Assembly (NCBI RefSeq): GCF_009914755.1
Contig: NC_060925.1
DNA: 64,000 nt
Strand: one strand, 5' to 3'
Source: the human T2T-CHM13v2.0 reference genome, Homo sapiens
Of the stretch, positions 29,540-43,780 are shown one piece after another. The translations under genes were made by a program, and so were the position numbers. Within the stretch, counting starts at the first letter, position 1; every line of letters begins with the position of its first letter. The notes beneath the pieces were generated by a model. It saw only the letters and a program-made list of their open reading frames with translations. It was not told the origin of the DNA and made no database searches.

Positions 29540-30180
29540 TTATCGCAAGGTCAATGGGAAGCCTTTGAAATTTTAAGCAGAAAAGGAGAGTGTGGCTAAA
29601 GTGTGGAAGCTGACTGGGAAGTGAAATAATTTGGGAGAGTAGGAAAAAATTCATGTAGGAAGCTATTGCAGTAACCTAGAATAGAGAGATTATCAAGATT
29701 TAAAGTAATATGATGGGAGTGAGGATGGGAATAAGAGGAGAAATTGGAGGACCATGTAGGACTGGACTCTGGTGAGTGACTGAGTAAGAGGAAGACAGAA
29801 GAATCGGTATGACCTTCTGGGCTTCTGGTGTGTAATAGGGGATTGTTTACCACTTATGGAGACCTGTAGACCTAGAAGGAAAGTTGTGCCATTTACTAAG
29901 ATCACAATTCCAGAGGAAGAGTGCATTTAGAGGGGAAAATTATAAATTCCATTTTAGGGTAAGCCCTATGAAGAGCCAATGGGATATACTCTGTGGATTT
30001 ATCGAGGAGATTGTTGGATGGTGAGGGGTGCATTGATCTAGAGCTCAAAAGAGCGATCTAGACTAGAGATATAAATGCAGGACTTGTTGACCATGAGTAC
30101 TTGATGTCATGAAAATGGATTAGTGGGTCTGGAGAGAATACTGGAATGAGAAGAAGAGGATACATTTCCATGTTTTTCTA
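29540..30180 (-). mobile_element. L2 fragment
   Basis: aatgggaagcctttgaaattttaagcag; ggaagctattgcagtaacctag; gactagagatataaat. Confidence 0.7.
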
Positions 30181-30579
30181 ATATCTCATAGGTGGAAAAG
30201 AATCTGGCAGGAGACAGTAATAAGAAGGATCTTGCTACAGATTTGAGGACTCAACTGTTGTTTTAAAGGCTGAAATGACCTGCATGGTAGGAACATGCTT
30301 GCAGGAGTCCCACACTACTGAAAGAAGACTTCTTTGAAGATAAAATGTATCCAGGTACATGGCACTGGAGGAAGAGGTGAGAGGTCAAACACTTATCAAA
30401 GACTACGTCTTAGAGTTGGATAGGGTTGGGAACACATCTTCATCACAACCCCAATGCTATAATCTCACAATGTAAATGAGGCTACCTCATAGAAATTGAG
30501 GTGAAGAGTAAATCATATATTCCACATGGACATTAAACAACACTCAAAAATAATTTTTAAAGAGACTGGTTCTATAGTA

Positions 30580-30884
30580 CAGTAGTCTCCCCTTTTCCAT
30601 GGGGGATACATTTCAAGGCCCCACCTGAAACCACAAATAGTACTGCATTATATATACTCTGTTTTGTCCTATACATACATACCTATGAAGAAGTTTATAA
30701 ATTAGTCACAGAAAGAGATTAACAATAAGTAATAAAGTAGAACAATAACAATACTCAGAACATCATGCAATTTAAAAGTTATAAATTGTTTATTTCTGGA
30801 AATTTTCCATTTAATATTTTGAACCACAGGTGAAGGTACATAACTGAAACTGGAAAGCAAAACTGTGGATAAGGGTGACTACTG
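30580..30884 (-). mobile_element. MER44A-like (Tigger7-derived) transposon
   Basis: TIRs cagtagtctccccttttcca / tggataagggtgactactg; TA TSDs. Confidence 0.88.
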
Positions 30885-31054
30885 TAAAGCCAAACATACG
30901 TAATAACTAAACTATGTTTTGAACATTTACCATGAACTAGGTACTAGTCAAAATGCCTCGCATGTAGTAACCCATTGAATTCTCACAATAACCCTTCTAA
31001 GGAGGTAATACTATTCAATGTTTCAGGATGAAGCACAGAGGTTCGTCCAAGTTC

Positions 31055-32170
<1,116 letters not shown>

Positions 32171-34589
32171 TCATTGCATTACACATTCATATTTTTTCTT
32201 CCTGGATTTTTAAAAGAGGCATATCTGGAATACGTACTCATTTAAAAATAATATCTGACAACCAGCTACCTTCTTGGACAGCTTCGTAACTATTTCTACA
32301 AGGTAAGTCATACCTATGTTTTTGATAATCTTGGGAAAAAAAGCGTACTTTAATAATAATTTTATTATTTTCTGTAAGCATTTTAAACAAATTTAACATA
32401 AAGGATTATGAAGTTCTTTGATGGAAAGTGGTTAGGACAGGTCTCAGTCTGAGCAAAACAGAGATTAGGAATCCCTGTTTAATTTAGCTAGGCTCTTTGG
32501 TTATGAGGACTTGAAGTAGAGGGCTTCCAGTGGATGTTTCCAGCACCTTCTCCTGAGTCCCTTTATCTTTCCATCTTCCAAGTCTCACAATCAGGCATCC
32601 CTGTCCTCCTTCTCTGCACATTGGCAATGGATAAGGCTCTTCCCTTATGCTACAAAGTGGAGCTCCTCAAGCTTTGCTGGGTGGTGAATGATACTCAGTC
32701 CTGACAGGATGTGGAAGAGAGGATGCCTGCCTCTGTCCCCAAATGAGGGGGACAGGAGGCACTTCATTCCTTTTTAGTCTTCCTACTAGGACTAGTTCTC
32801 CTAAGAAATAAGCATAAGCTAATCATTTTTTAATCTTTTCTTAAAGAAAGATTATTCCTCCTATCAGGAAGGCTTTCCCCTCCCCCCAATTTGACATAAT
32901 GCATTCACCATTACTGTTTGTCTCACTCCAGAGCTTGGCTTGCATTACAAAAGTCACCACATTTGCTGAAAATAGCTGCCTCTTAGTTAGTCCTGTGGTG
33001 TTTGTGTTTTCATTTAGCTGGGGCTTAATCCTGATAGAAGGAGAGGATTTTCTAGTTAATCCTGCCCCCCATAATTATAAGAATAAAATGGACTGAATGA
33101 CTACAAAGAACTGAATTAAAACAATTCCAATACATCCATCAAGGCATTTGGATATTAATTAGAGACACTAGCATAAAATAAGCGCTAGAGAATGGCTAGA
33201 TTAGAAAAAGTAAGCATCCCTTTGATTGTGTATTCTAGGTGTATTTTGAACTGAGACAAATTCTGACCTCAGTGAATAAATTGACAAAGCATGATTTTTC
33301 TAAACAACTTTACATTTTGGTTGTGAAAGATGTTCTTGCTTTAGATACTGTTATCACAGCACACCTAAAACTTGTCCTTTCTTCTCTTACATCACCTTTC
33401 TTCAGTTGTGCCCTTTCTTACCTCTTTGTGCAATTATTTTTTTCTACTGAAACTTTCCTCTCAGACTGTAAGCATGCTACTACCCTTTCCCTAAATCCAG
33501 TGATGTCTTCCAGCCTTCTCCTAGTATCTCCCATTTCCATCACCTGCAGCTTTCCAAAATGATCTGCAGGCATTGCCTCTACTTCCTCAACATCCATCTT
33601 GACTCCTCATTGTCCATCCTTCATTTCTACCACTCTGTTGAAACCATTATCATCAAAGAATACTTTATCACATAACTTAGAATCTAATGCATAATCTTCT
33701 CAGAAGAGTCTTGGTTATCACTTTTTATTACTGAAATTCCTCCTTCTCTGGCTTCCATGATGTATCGGTTCTTGTCCTGTCTTTTAAAACCTTCTTAGTT
33801 CTTTATTCTGTTTTTCTAATCTTAAATGCTGCTGAGTTATCATATCACTTTTTTACACAAAGACCTTTAACAGCTTTTTATGGTTTATTGAATTAAGTTT
33901 AAATTCCTCAGCCTGTCATTCAAAGTTCTCCAAAGATTGACCCTGGAGGCTGAAATCCAAATAGATACTGGAGTCTAAGTGGTAGAGTGCACAGAGACTT
34001 GCACTTTGGCCATGGTATGTTGCAAATGTAGGAGAAGACCCTCTATTAAAGAGAGAGTATATCACCCTGGCTATGCTGCAATAAGATATGGAGCTCAGGA
34101 GGTCAGGCACAAAGAGGTCCAAGCTGGCCCAACCCCATGCTGTCACTTACTTTCCCACACATGTGGGTGACCCCAACATTCCCCAACCAGGAATGTCAGA
34201 TACAAGTAAAAACTGGTGACAAATGTACCCATAAGACCATGAGCAAATGGAAATTTTGGCAGAAATGAGTGAGCTGCTCGCAACAATACACACTGTGATT
34301 GAGTGACAGCTGTACAACTGAATAGGAAACAACAGTGGCCTCACCTGGGGAACCAGCTGCAGTAGATCTATAGGGTCATGCAATCAGCAGTACGTAAGAG
34401 TAAAACAATATTATGCAGGAAAGAAAGTCCCAACATCAAATAATTTGTCTAGATTTTCATGGCTAACGTTCAGAGAGGACTAGCTAATAAGCAAACTACA
34501 CCCCACTCATATAGAAATGTTCACTGATTCCTGGACACACCATGGTTTTCTCCTCCTTGTATCACTTCAGATAATTTTGTGTCCTTATT

Positions 34590-35095
34590 TGCTTAACACA
34601 TTTTTAACACCACAGTGTGCTAGGAAGAGTTCTAAGCATTTTACTAATACAAACTTTTAAAACACTATGCAGCAAATGCTATTAATACCTCTATTTTATA
34701 GGTAAGAAAACCAAGGAACAGGGGAATTAAGCAACTTTCTTGTAATCTCATAGCTAGGAGCGGGAGGGCCAAAATGTGAGCCCAGGTAGCTCTAGGGTCC
34801 GTACTCCTAATCACGATTCTACTCAGTTACCCATCCCTCAAGACTCAAGTCAAATGTCCTCTCTTTCATGGAACATCTCAGTGTCATTCAAGATAGAGTT
34901 TCATATTCCCTCTTTAGTGATCTGGTAACACTCAGACATACTCTTCCTGTGTCATTCTTCTCATTTTATTTCATCTTTATTTGTGGTCAGCTTCTCAGTG
35001 GCAGGGACTATGTTATAAATCTGTGTATCCCCTGCCCTAAGTATAATGCCTGGCTCATAATGAGCATTTGAGAAATATTTGTTGAATTGAAATAA
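34590..35095. mobile_element. MIR (-) followed by L2 3' end (+)
   Basis: ctattttataggtaagaaaaccaagg (MIR); tgcctggctcataatgagcatttgagaaatatttgttgaattgaa (L2 tail). Confidence 0.65.
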
Positions 35096-36289
35096 ATTAA
35101 TTTATCAGAGGTGGTGAGGGCTCCAAAACACTAAAAAATAGTGTTAAAAAGAAACATCAAATTAAAAAATAAATATTACCTTGTAGTCTCCAAAATAATT
35201 ACCCATTAAACAAACAAACTACTAGATGAAGGAATCATAGGCACTTTCACAAGTCAGGGCCACGTGACTGTGATACACATGAGAAGAGCTTAAGCAGTGG
35301 TCCTTGTCTATCCCCCTGAAAGGAACTAGTCCTATGGAGTGGGGCTGAAAAGACCAATATTAAACTAGACATCCTTTTAATCCTATATTAATGTACACCT
35401 ATGTTTGCTGTCTGTAAGTGCCTTTGTTTTTTCATTTTTGTATTGGAAAGGTGTCTCTGCTGCTCTTACTTTTCCAAAATCTCTATTTACGCTCTCTTAA
35501 ATAGGAGTACTGGCTCCAATGCATCCTCAACCTTGTCTAAACATGATACTTACAAGTATATCATTTTGGCCATCACTTCTCATTTTTCTTATCCTCATTA
35601 ACAGACTAGAGTCACTAAGGGTGACATAAAAGGACACCAGTGGAATTTAGGTGGACTCCGCCCATCAAAAGTGAGATACAGAAAACATCAGGCCCCAAGA
35701 TGAGAGGAGGGTTCCAACTCTTCGTATTTCCAAAACTGACCATTCTTCACTGTCCAAAAATCTCTCCTAATTTATATGCAAGAAGGCTAAAACTAGATCC
35801 CAAACTTTATATCCTGCCCTTGCTCAAAAAGTATCCATTTAGAAACAAAATCTAACTTGAAAGCCAGGGAAAAAAGCTGGCTCTGGTACTAAGCATACAT
35901 TTTGAAGGCTGCATTCCAAGAAACTTAATTTGATTATCCAGTTTAAGAATTTATGGAATATTTATTTTCTTACTTACTTCTGATTCACTTAACTGCAAGC
36001 CTACTAAGATGTTTCATAATTCAGCCAAACATTGGGGGCAATGAAGTGTATAACATAGCCCCTGCCATCATGAAGTGCATTCTCTAAAAAAGAAAGCAGG
36101 TATTAAGTACTTAGAAATAACTACTCACACAGTTATAAAGTATTGGATACAATTCTAGTAACTAGAAAGGGTGATCTAGTTACTAACAAGAACCATAATT
36201 ATAATCAGGTGACAAATGCCAGTTGTGTAGAATGTGGGTTTAGTATAACTTTAAAAAAGCAACACAGGAAGTAATGGGTTTCTCTTTTG

Positions 36290-36510
36290 CACAATTAATT
36301 GAGCACTTACTATACGCCAGACACTGTGTTTATCATACATTGTTTATGTCATCTTCATGCTAATCCTATGAACTGGAAACCATTAGTCTTCTCATTTTAC
36401 AGAGGAGGAAATTATGGCTCAAAAAGTCAAGTACTTGCCCATGATGATGGCTGAACCAGGAATGAAATCCAAGAGGTCTGGATTTCCTCAAGATCTGTGC
36501 TCTTTCCCAC
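36290..36510 (-). mobile_element. MIR SINE
   Basis: ttgagcacttactatacgccagacactg...cattttacagaggaggaaattatggctc. Confidence 0.75.
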
Positions 36511-37399
36511 TATAAATGCTTAATAAATGCTTTAAGAAAAAGATTTAACTAAGTGTAACTCAATAAATTTACAAGAGGTTATAAATCTTTTTCTTTTCTG
36601 GGAGAACATCACCCAACCTTTCCAGGCAATGGCTCTTATTATTAGACAACATTATAGTTAAGGAGTGCCTGGATGCTGCATGTAGACAGAGTTGAGTAGG
36701 AAGACTTGTCCAGCTTAAACTCTCTGAGCCTGTTTCCTTACTAGAAGAATGGAAATTGTAACACCTTCTTTGCAGGACTGTAGTGAGGAACAACTGTAAC
36801 ATCCACCCATCCATTCGTTTATCACACATTTTTGAGCATATGCTCTGCAACAGATAACATAATAAGATGCTAGAGATACCAAGATGAGTAAGGCAAATTT
36901 CCTGTATTTAGGAAGCTTAGTGTGCTAGTGGAGAACTGGCAAGTGACAAACAGCAAAGTGTGTTAAGTGCTGTGTTAGGACACTTAGGGAACATATAATG
37001 TGTGCAAATTTCATAACCCATAGTTAGTGGTCAGCAGAGTCCCTTCTGTCACCACTTTACCTTAAAATTCCCTATATATCTGTGATTTTTCATGTCTGGT
37101 TTTCCAGGATACTTGGTGGCCCCTATAGCTGCCAGGAGGAGAGTTGGCCTTGTATCATAATCTCAGGGAGAAGGGCAAATGCTCTTCCTTTCCCACAAGC
37201 CTCTCCTCCCCTCCACTTGAATTGTGGAATGCCAATCAATGGATGGCATTTCACAGTATGTGCCAAAGCCCCTTCCCAGACTTTCTTTGCCATCTTTAGT
37301 TTCTGTCAAGACAAGGCCTCTTGGCAATGAAACCTTAGAAACCTGAGCCCAATTTTTCACTAATTAGACTGGAAAGTCACAAGTCAGAAACATCCAGAC

Positions 37400-38400
37400 T
37401 CTTGTTGGATCCTATTCAGCTGCGCTGGGAAAGTTTCACCCCCACCTAGCAAGACAGCCCGACTGCCTCAGCGAGGCTTCCTCGAGCACCTGACCGTCCA
37501 GCTGATTTTCCCCATGACCAGGAAACTGCTTTCCTCCTGCTTTACATCTAGTTGGGGGACCACGGGGGGTGGCTAGAGGTGCCCGCCGGTGACACAGAGA
37601 AAAGTGGCGGAGGGCATCTCACGCCCAGGAACTTACATGGAGACACTCCCAGCTAAAGAGAAAGTTGCCCGGGCTGAGGGCAGGAGGAAGGAGCTTCCTT
37701 TCAGAGCGCTGCTAATGACCTGCCGGGAAACCGCACAGCAGTCATTTCGCAGATCCGATGGCAGGTCACGGCGACAGATGTTCCCAACATATGTGGAGAA
37801 TTAATTACCCACTAGTAAACAAAATCTGTGATGCGGAGAGTCATTTTGTCCAAATTTCTTACGATTTTGCTGTTATTAGGAGCTTAATTTTTCTTGATCA
37901 TCTAGATCCTCTTGGATTAAAGCACTCCTTAATGGGCTCCGAGGAACATTCCAAAGAAAAATAAGGGCCTAGTGAGCTGTTGAGGGAGGAGGGAGGAGGG
38001 AGGAGGAGGAGGAGGGGAGGGGGAGGAGCAGGAGCACCGGGCTCAGGCAGCCAGGAGGATGGAGTAACAGAGCTGCTGATTGGGAGGCTGCACAACAGCG
38101 AGGGATTAGCAAATTATTTGATTAAAACATTGGATGCTAGTCATATTTTTTAAAATATTCTAATGGTTACCTCCTATTTAACAGCGCTTACACTTAATTT
38201 AACTGCGTGCTGTGGAACAGCTGGAGTTTCTAAAGGAAATTGCAACATTCTGACAGAAATAGGTTTCCAGAAAGGTTTTCTTCCGAGTTGCTTTTAAGAT
38301 TCTGAACATGTTCCCATCTGAGGCTGTGGAAGCAAATTCTGATATTCATCAGTTAAGAAAATAGATTTTCTTAAAAGGGGGGATTGAAGAGTCTCTTGAT
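37400..38400. promoter_or_regulatory. Candidate developmental enhancer/promoter island
   Basis: Repeat-free, with >20 CpGs in ~700 bp against a depleted background. E-boxes CAGATG/CATATG, TTAATTA 37801, FOX GTAAACA ~37816, GGATTA, TEAD CATTCC ~37948, and a (GGA)n purine tract 37982-38028. Confidence 0.5.
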
Positions 38401-38924
38401 TTTTGTAAGGCAGTTATTCCCTTGGCCATTTTCATCAATCACAAAAACTGTCAAAAATGCAGTGGTTCACTAAGTAAATAAATCTGAAAGGCTATTAAAA
38501 ATATGGTTCTTTATCCATTCAAAAGTTTGTAACTTCTCTAAATCTTGAATTCAAGTTTCCCTTAAATATTTTGTATAACAAAGTATAGTAAATTTTTAAA
38601 AAATCTATTTGTCCCAGCAAATATTGTTTATAATTTAAAATACACACTTTTTGTTTTTTCTCATTTATTCACTTCTTCATTCATTCAACAAATATCTGTT
38701 GAGCTTGGTGCTGGAGGAACAAAGATGAATAATATAACTTCAAAGACTCATGCAGAAAATAAACATGTAAACAGCTCCCTGCTTTCCAACCTCCCAGGAC
38801 CAGCTCAGGAGTACCTCCAGCTCTGTAACAACCAAAATGCCCCTTACAGCATGGCAGTGCCCCCAGCCCAGTTAAGAACCACAGGTTTCAGTAATATTCA
38901 GAGTTAAGATAGAAAGAAGAGACC

Positions 38925-39280
38925 TGTATTAGTCTGTTCTCATGCTGCTAATAAAGACATACCTGAGACTGGGTAATTTATAAAGGAAAGAGGTTTAATT
39001 GACCCACAGTTCCACATGGCTGGGGAGGCCTCACAATCATGGCAGAAAGTGAATGAGGAGCAAGTTACGTCTTACATGGTGGCAGTCAAGAGAGAGCCTG
39101 TGCAGGGAAACTCCCATTTATGAAACCATCAAATGTCATGAGTGTTATTCACTGCCATGAGAACAGTACAGGGAAACCATCCCCATGATTCAATTATCTC
39201 CACCTGGCCCTGCCCTTGACTTGTGGAGATTATTACAATTCAAGGTGAGATTTCGGTGGGGATACAGCCAACCCATATCA
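38925..39280 (-). mobile_element. THE1B/C-like solo LTR
   Basis: tgtattagtctgttctcatgctgctaataaagacatacctgagactggg...acagccaacccatatca. Confidence 0.92.
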
Positions 39281-40967
39281 GAACCAGAGGTTCTTCTGGA
39301 ATTTTCATTAAAAACTTTGGGACTGGAACATTTCTGGAGAACATGGACAAGAAGAAGAAAGTTTATTGCTATAATAATGGAATAGAAAGAAACAAAGTCT
39401 ATTGATGCAAAGATGAAATGGAAGCAAACAACATGCTTAAGACAAAGCCCACTTTTACTTCATTTCTTACTCTAGGCATTGATTTCCAGTCTTTTCTTTC
39501 TGTGAATTTGACCCATCACAGGAAACAAAATTCTTTGTAAAATGGCCTATGATCTATAACATTAGTTTGTATTCGTTTTTGCTGCAAGTCACCAGGATCT
39601 GACAGTTGAAATTTATTTGGGTGAAACTGCTGCTCAAAACTAAAAATTACTTATTCCACTTTCTCAGGAATTCCGAATTTCTTCTGGAATTCTCAGAAAT
39701 TTAAAAGAGACACATCAGAAACTGGTGGGTCTGACATGGAAAGTTCATTACTTAGAAAAATAGGAACCTGGCTTATGACTATTTTGAGGTAAAACTTCAG
39801 TTCTGCTATTTAACTTGTTTCATGCTATATGACATTTATGCCTTTACCCTTTATCTTGGTGACTGGCATTAATGGCCACAATAAACACCTAACAACCTAC
39901 TATGTTAGGCAGAATATGGTAGGGATGGGAGAATGGCCTCTGTCTTACATAGCAGGTATTTCTAAGTATAAAACTCAGAATGTGAAGGGTGAGTGACCAG
40001 TGCTTTGTGAACTTGCTACAACTCACTTTGGAACTTTATAAGATCTCTTAGTTTCATCATCTGGGTGCAGTTTTACCCACTCATCAAATAGCCTTTTGGC
40101 ACTTTGCCACTATTTTGCATTTTATTTTTCTTTCATTAGGTAAAACAATAAAAGCCTGATAAAATTCATATGTTTTCCTGCTTCTAATCTCATAATATTG
40201 CTTAATTTTTCATTTCAGAGCTTATTCATAATTCAATCCTATTTGAACATGATAACGTGGCACAGTATGTCTAATATTTAGAAGCAGGCCAAAACAGACC
40301 TAGTTCAAGAGGCAGCTGTAGAGTCCTCAGCTGCGGAAATTTATTATTCCTGGCAACAAGTGATTAAACCAATTCTCTGATTAATCAAAACTGTACTTTG
40401 GAACTAGCCACATGAGACCAGAATTTTAAATCATGTTATGCAGGCTGTAGCAATACAAAGAACAAGATTGAAAAATTAACTCTATGAGAAATATTTAACA
40501 AATAGGCGTTAATCTTCCCTCAGACTTCTTGAAAGAGCAAAGCCACACTCAAGCAAACTTTAAAATATATGCCTTGACAAGCACTAAGGAAAATGTCACA
40601 TTCTTTTAATAGGTGCACAGTGTTACTGTGAATCATTTCTCCTTGAAGGACTTCAGCACTGTTTATGGCTTTCCCTGATGACACCTCCTCCCTCACCACC
40701 TTTTCTAGTTACTGTTCATGCACCCTCCCCAGTGCTAATGGGAAGAGCCTGAATTCTTCTCATTTCCCATTGCTACTTCCACAAGCATAAATTCAGTAGC
40801 ACTCCCTATTTCAAATTAATGTCATTTAATTAGAGCACATTTTCCCCACCCTCATGTCATCCACTGAACTCTATCTTCATTTCTCTACTTTTTTCGAACT
40901 TGAATTATAATTTTATTTTCTGTTCTACCCTTGCTCTCCTTATTTAATGTATTCATTTTATCTTTTA

Positions 40968-41083
40968 ATTTTTTTTTGAGACAGGGTCTTGCTGTGTTGC
41001 CCAGGCTGGTCTCGAACTCTTGGCCTCAAATGATCCTCATGCCTCAGCCTGTCAAGTAGTTGGGATTTCAGGGACTTGTCATC
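40968..41083 (-). mobile_element. FLAM (Alu monomer)
   Basis: Single reverse Alu arm gagacagggtcttgctgtgttgcccaggctggtctcgaactc. Confidence 0.85.
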
Positions 41084-43559
41084 GTTTATTCACTCCTCCA
41101 TTCACCAAATATTTATCAAACATTCTCCCTAAGTGTCAAAGATTTTGCTAAGTGTGATGAATACAGAGATGAATAAGACATAGATTTTGTCCCTGAGGAG
41201 CTCAAAACTGTGGAATAGTTGCAGTGATTTGACTTGGATGGGGTATAGCTAGTGTGTTGGCGGAGCAGCACTGTGCACACAGCATGATTTCGCCTTCATA
41301 TTATTGAGGTATATGAGGATAACATATTATCAACATATGATTCTAGTATATGAGAACATCCATATCCCACCATTATCCTGGGATATAGGAAGAAAAACAT
41401 CCCGACATATTATCCTAGTATACAAGAAGAAAAAAAACTTAGCTGTATAAAACATGGAACATGATAGTGCATGATTCAGTAGCATAAATTGTGAATGCAA
41501 GTGTAGTTCTCTTTTTTCTATGGAAGTATACGTTTGTGGCAAAATATAACCTGAAACCAAAACAATCAGTGTCTAAGATGTCTAACACCATCTCACCCAC
41601 CACCAACCCCTTAAACCAAGGTATTTTCTTCTAATAAAGAAAGGGCACAAATAGTATGTTGTTCATCCCAGCTGTCATATCAACCACCATATGTGAGTTT
41701 CCCCCACCTTCAAGATTACAAATTCTGAAATTCACATATTTTACCCAAAACAGGTTGTTTTACCAGGTACCTCATCATTTTTTCCCTGAACACTTGCCGT
41801 TTTCCAGTCTTTTAACTTCCCAAGTTCTCAGGTTTATGAGTCCTTCCTGTCTTTATTTTTTTCCCTAGTTTGGCTATTAGACACCATTGCGACACTTCTA
41901 TCCCTAGTACTTTAGATTACTCTAACTTTATGACTCTAAGGCAAATGTTCCATCCCCAGACATGGATTCAACCAATTCAAAATTATCTTATCTTTTATCA
42001 AATATCTTGTTAAACCTCCAAATCACCCCTAAACACCTTGCACCCTCTCTCACCCTTTGCCAATACTTCCAATTGGCTACTATGAGCTTTCTTAACTCTA
42101 CTGAAACTTCCAAGTGAGAACAACAAGGTCATTTTAGAATTTTCTGTATCTCTTCCTTCCATAACAAATATCACTGTATCTCCTCCCTTATTCTGTTAGG
42201 GGATAAAATGCCCTTTTTGTCTGTTAGGTGATAAAATGCCCTTATTCATTGTTTGAGGGAATCCATTTGGCTATGTACTTAATACAATTAAGATTCCTCC
42301 CCTCTCCTATGAAACTTTGTTCCAACAATTATTCTATCTTCTTTTCTTCTTGCCCACCTCTCAATATTTATTTTTCCTTTCCTGGAACTGGCCATCCAGG
42401 AGATGCCAAAAGGGACCATGAGAAAGTTGTTTTGTAATTTCATGATAACTCATTAGGGAATAGCCATGGCCACCAAAGTTAAGCAGGTTGGCAGATCATT
42501 TTGTTTTTTACAACATTATAATATTGTAACTTAAACATGAATCTTTCTTTATTGACACACATTTAATCTGAGGAACTCATTGAAAATACGTGTGTGTTTC
42601 TCTAGATAGGTAGATAATGTCCTAGGCTACCTCAAAGGGTTATTTTTATGACCACAATGTCTTTTAATTTTTATTTGCCACAAATTTTAAATGCTCCTTG
42701 TATTGTTTTATACCTCAAAGCACAACAAACTTTGAATAACAAAATAAGCATATTACAGACCTATAATTAGGGCTAATTATAAAGTGGGCAAAAGGAGACT
42801 TCTACTGTGATTGGCAATTAAGAGTCCTGGGCATTGAAATTAATTTGGTTTAATTCCCTCATCTGAATATACTGACTTCATAACAAAATTAACATTTAAA
42901 ACATTAAAAGGCATTTATAAAAATTATGAACAAAACTTGAAGGAAATTAATTTATTGCTAATTACATTAACAATAATCACTTGATGTCCCGAGCACAACT
43001 AAATTCATATCCTGTTAATAAAATATTGGCTTCCTCCCCACCCTTTCCTGTTTTAAAGGTGCGATATATGCAGTTAGAATGACCTATATGTTATAAATTA
43101 TTGTTGTTATTTTCTACTACCAAAAGGTGCCCCATTTGGTAGCCTGTGCTGCCATTTAAATCTCACATCTAGTCACAAAGTTTCCTATGCATTTTTTGAT
43201 TCTTGTAGCAAATATTTATTGAGCATCTATTATATGCCAGGCACTGTGCTGTGTGCAGAGCACACAGAGGTGAGCAAGACAGACCAGGTCCTTGCCCTTG
43301 TATGAAGACATCATTTATGTGCAATACTCCCTTAGACTAAATTGGATCAGCATAAGATAAATTCCTGACAGTCAGACTATAAGGTTTATTTTGATCCATG
43401 TATAATAACATTATACTGTTGTCCCAATGGTAAAGAAAATCAAACAAGTTAAAGGTCACTACAATAGGGTCTAGATCACAATCTATGTTAGCAGAGCAGA
43501 GAAGAAGCTTCAGGAACACCTGTACTCTCTTACTACTTGATACCTTTCATCATAGCTGT

Positions 43560-43780
43560 CTACATTTGGTTAACTCTAATTTATTGTGCTTTCTGTCACT
43601 GCTTTGCACAGGTTATCTCATTTGATTCCCCCATCATCCTAATAAAGTTCTATCATTTCTTGTTTATAAATCAGAAAACTGATCATCGAGAGAAGGTAAG
43701 TAGAATGCCCAAGGTCACATATCTAGTAAGGAGAGGGTTGGTAGTAAATGAAGGTCTGTCTGACTGTAATACTGCCTTCC
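43560..43780 (-). mobile_element. MIR SINE
   Basis: ttatctcatttgattcccc...gaaaactga...tgcccaaggtcacatatctagtaag. Confidence 0.7.

Noticed and set aside
38304-38313. p53 half-site GAACATGTTC
   Set aside because: There is no adjacent second half-site.
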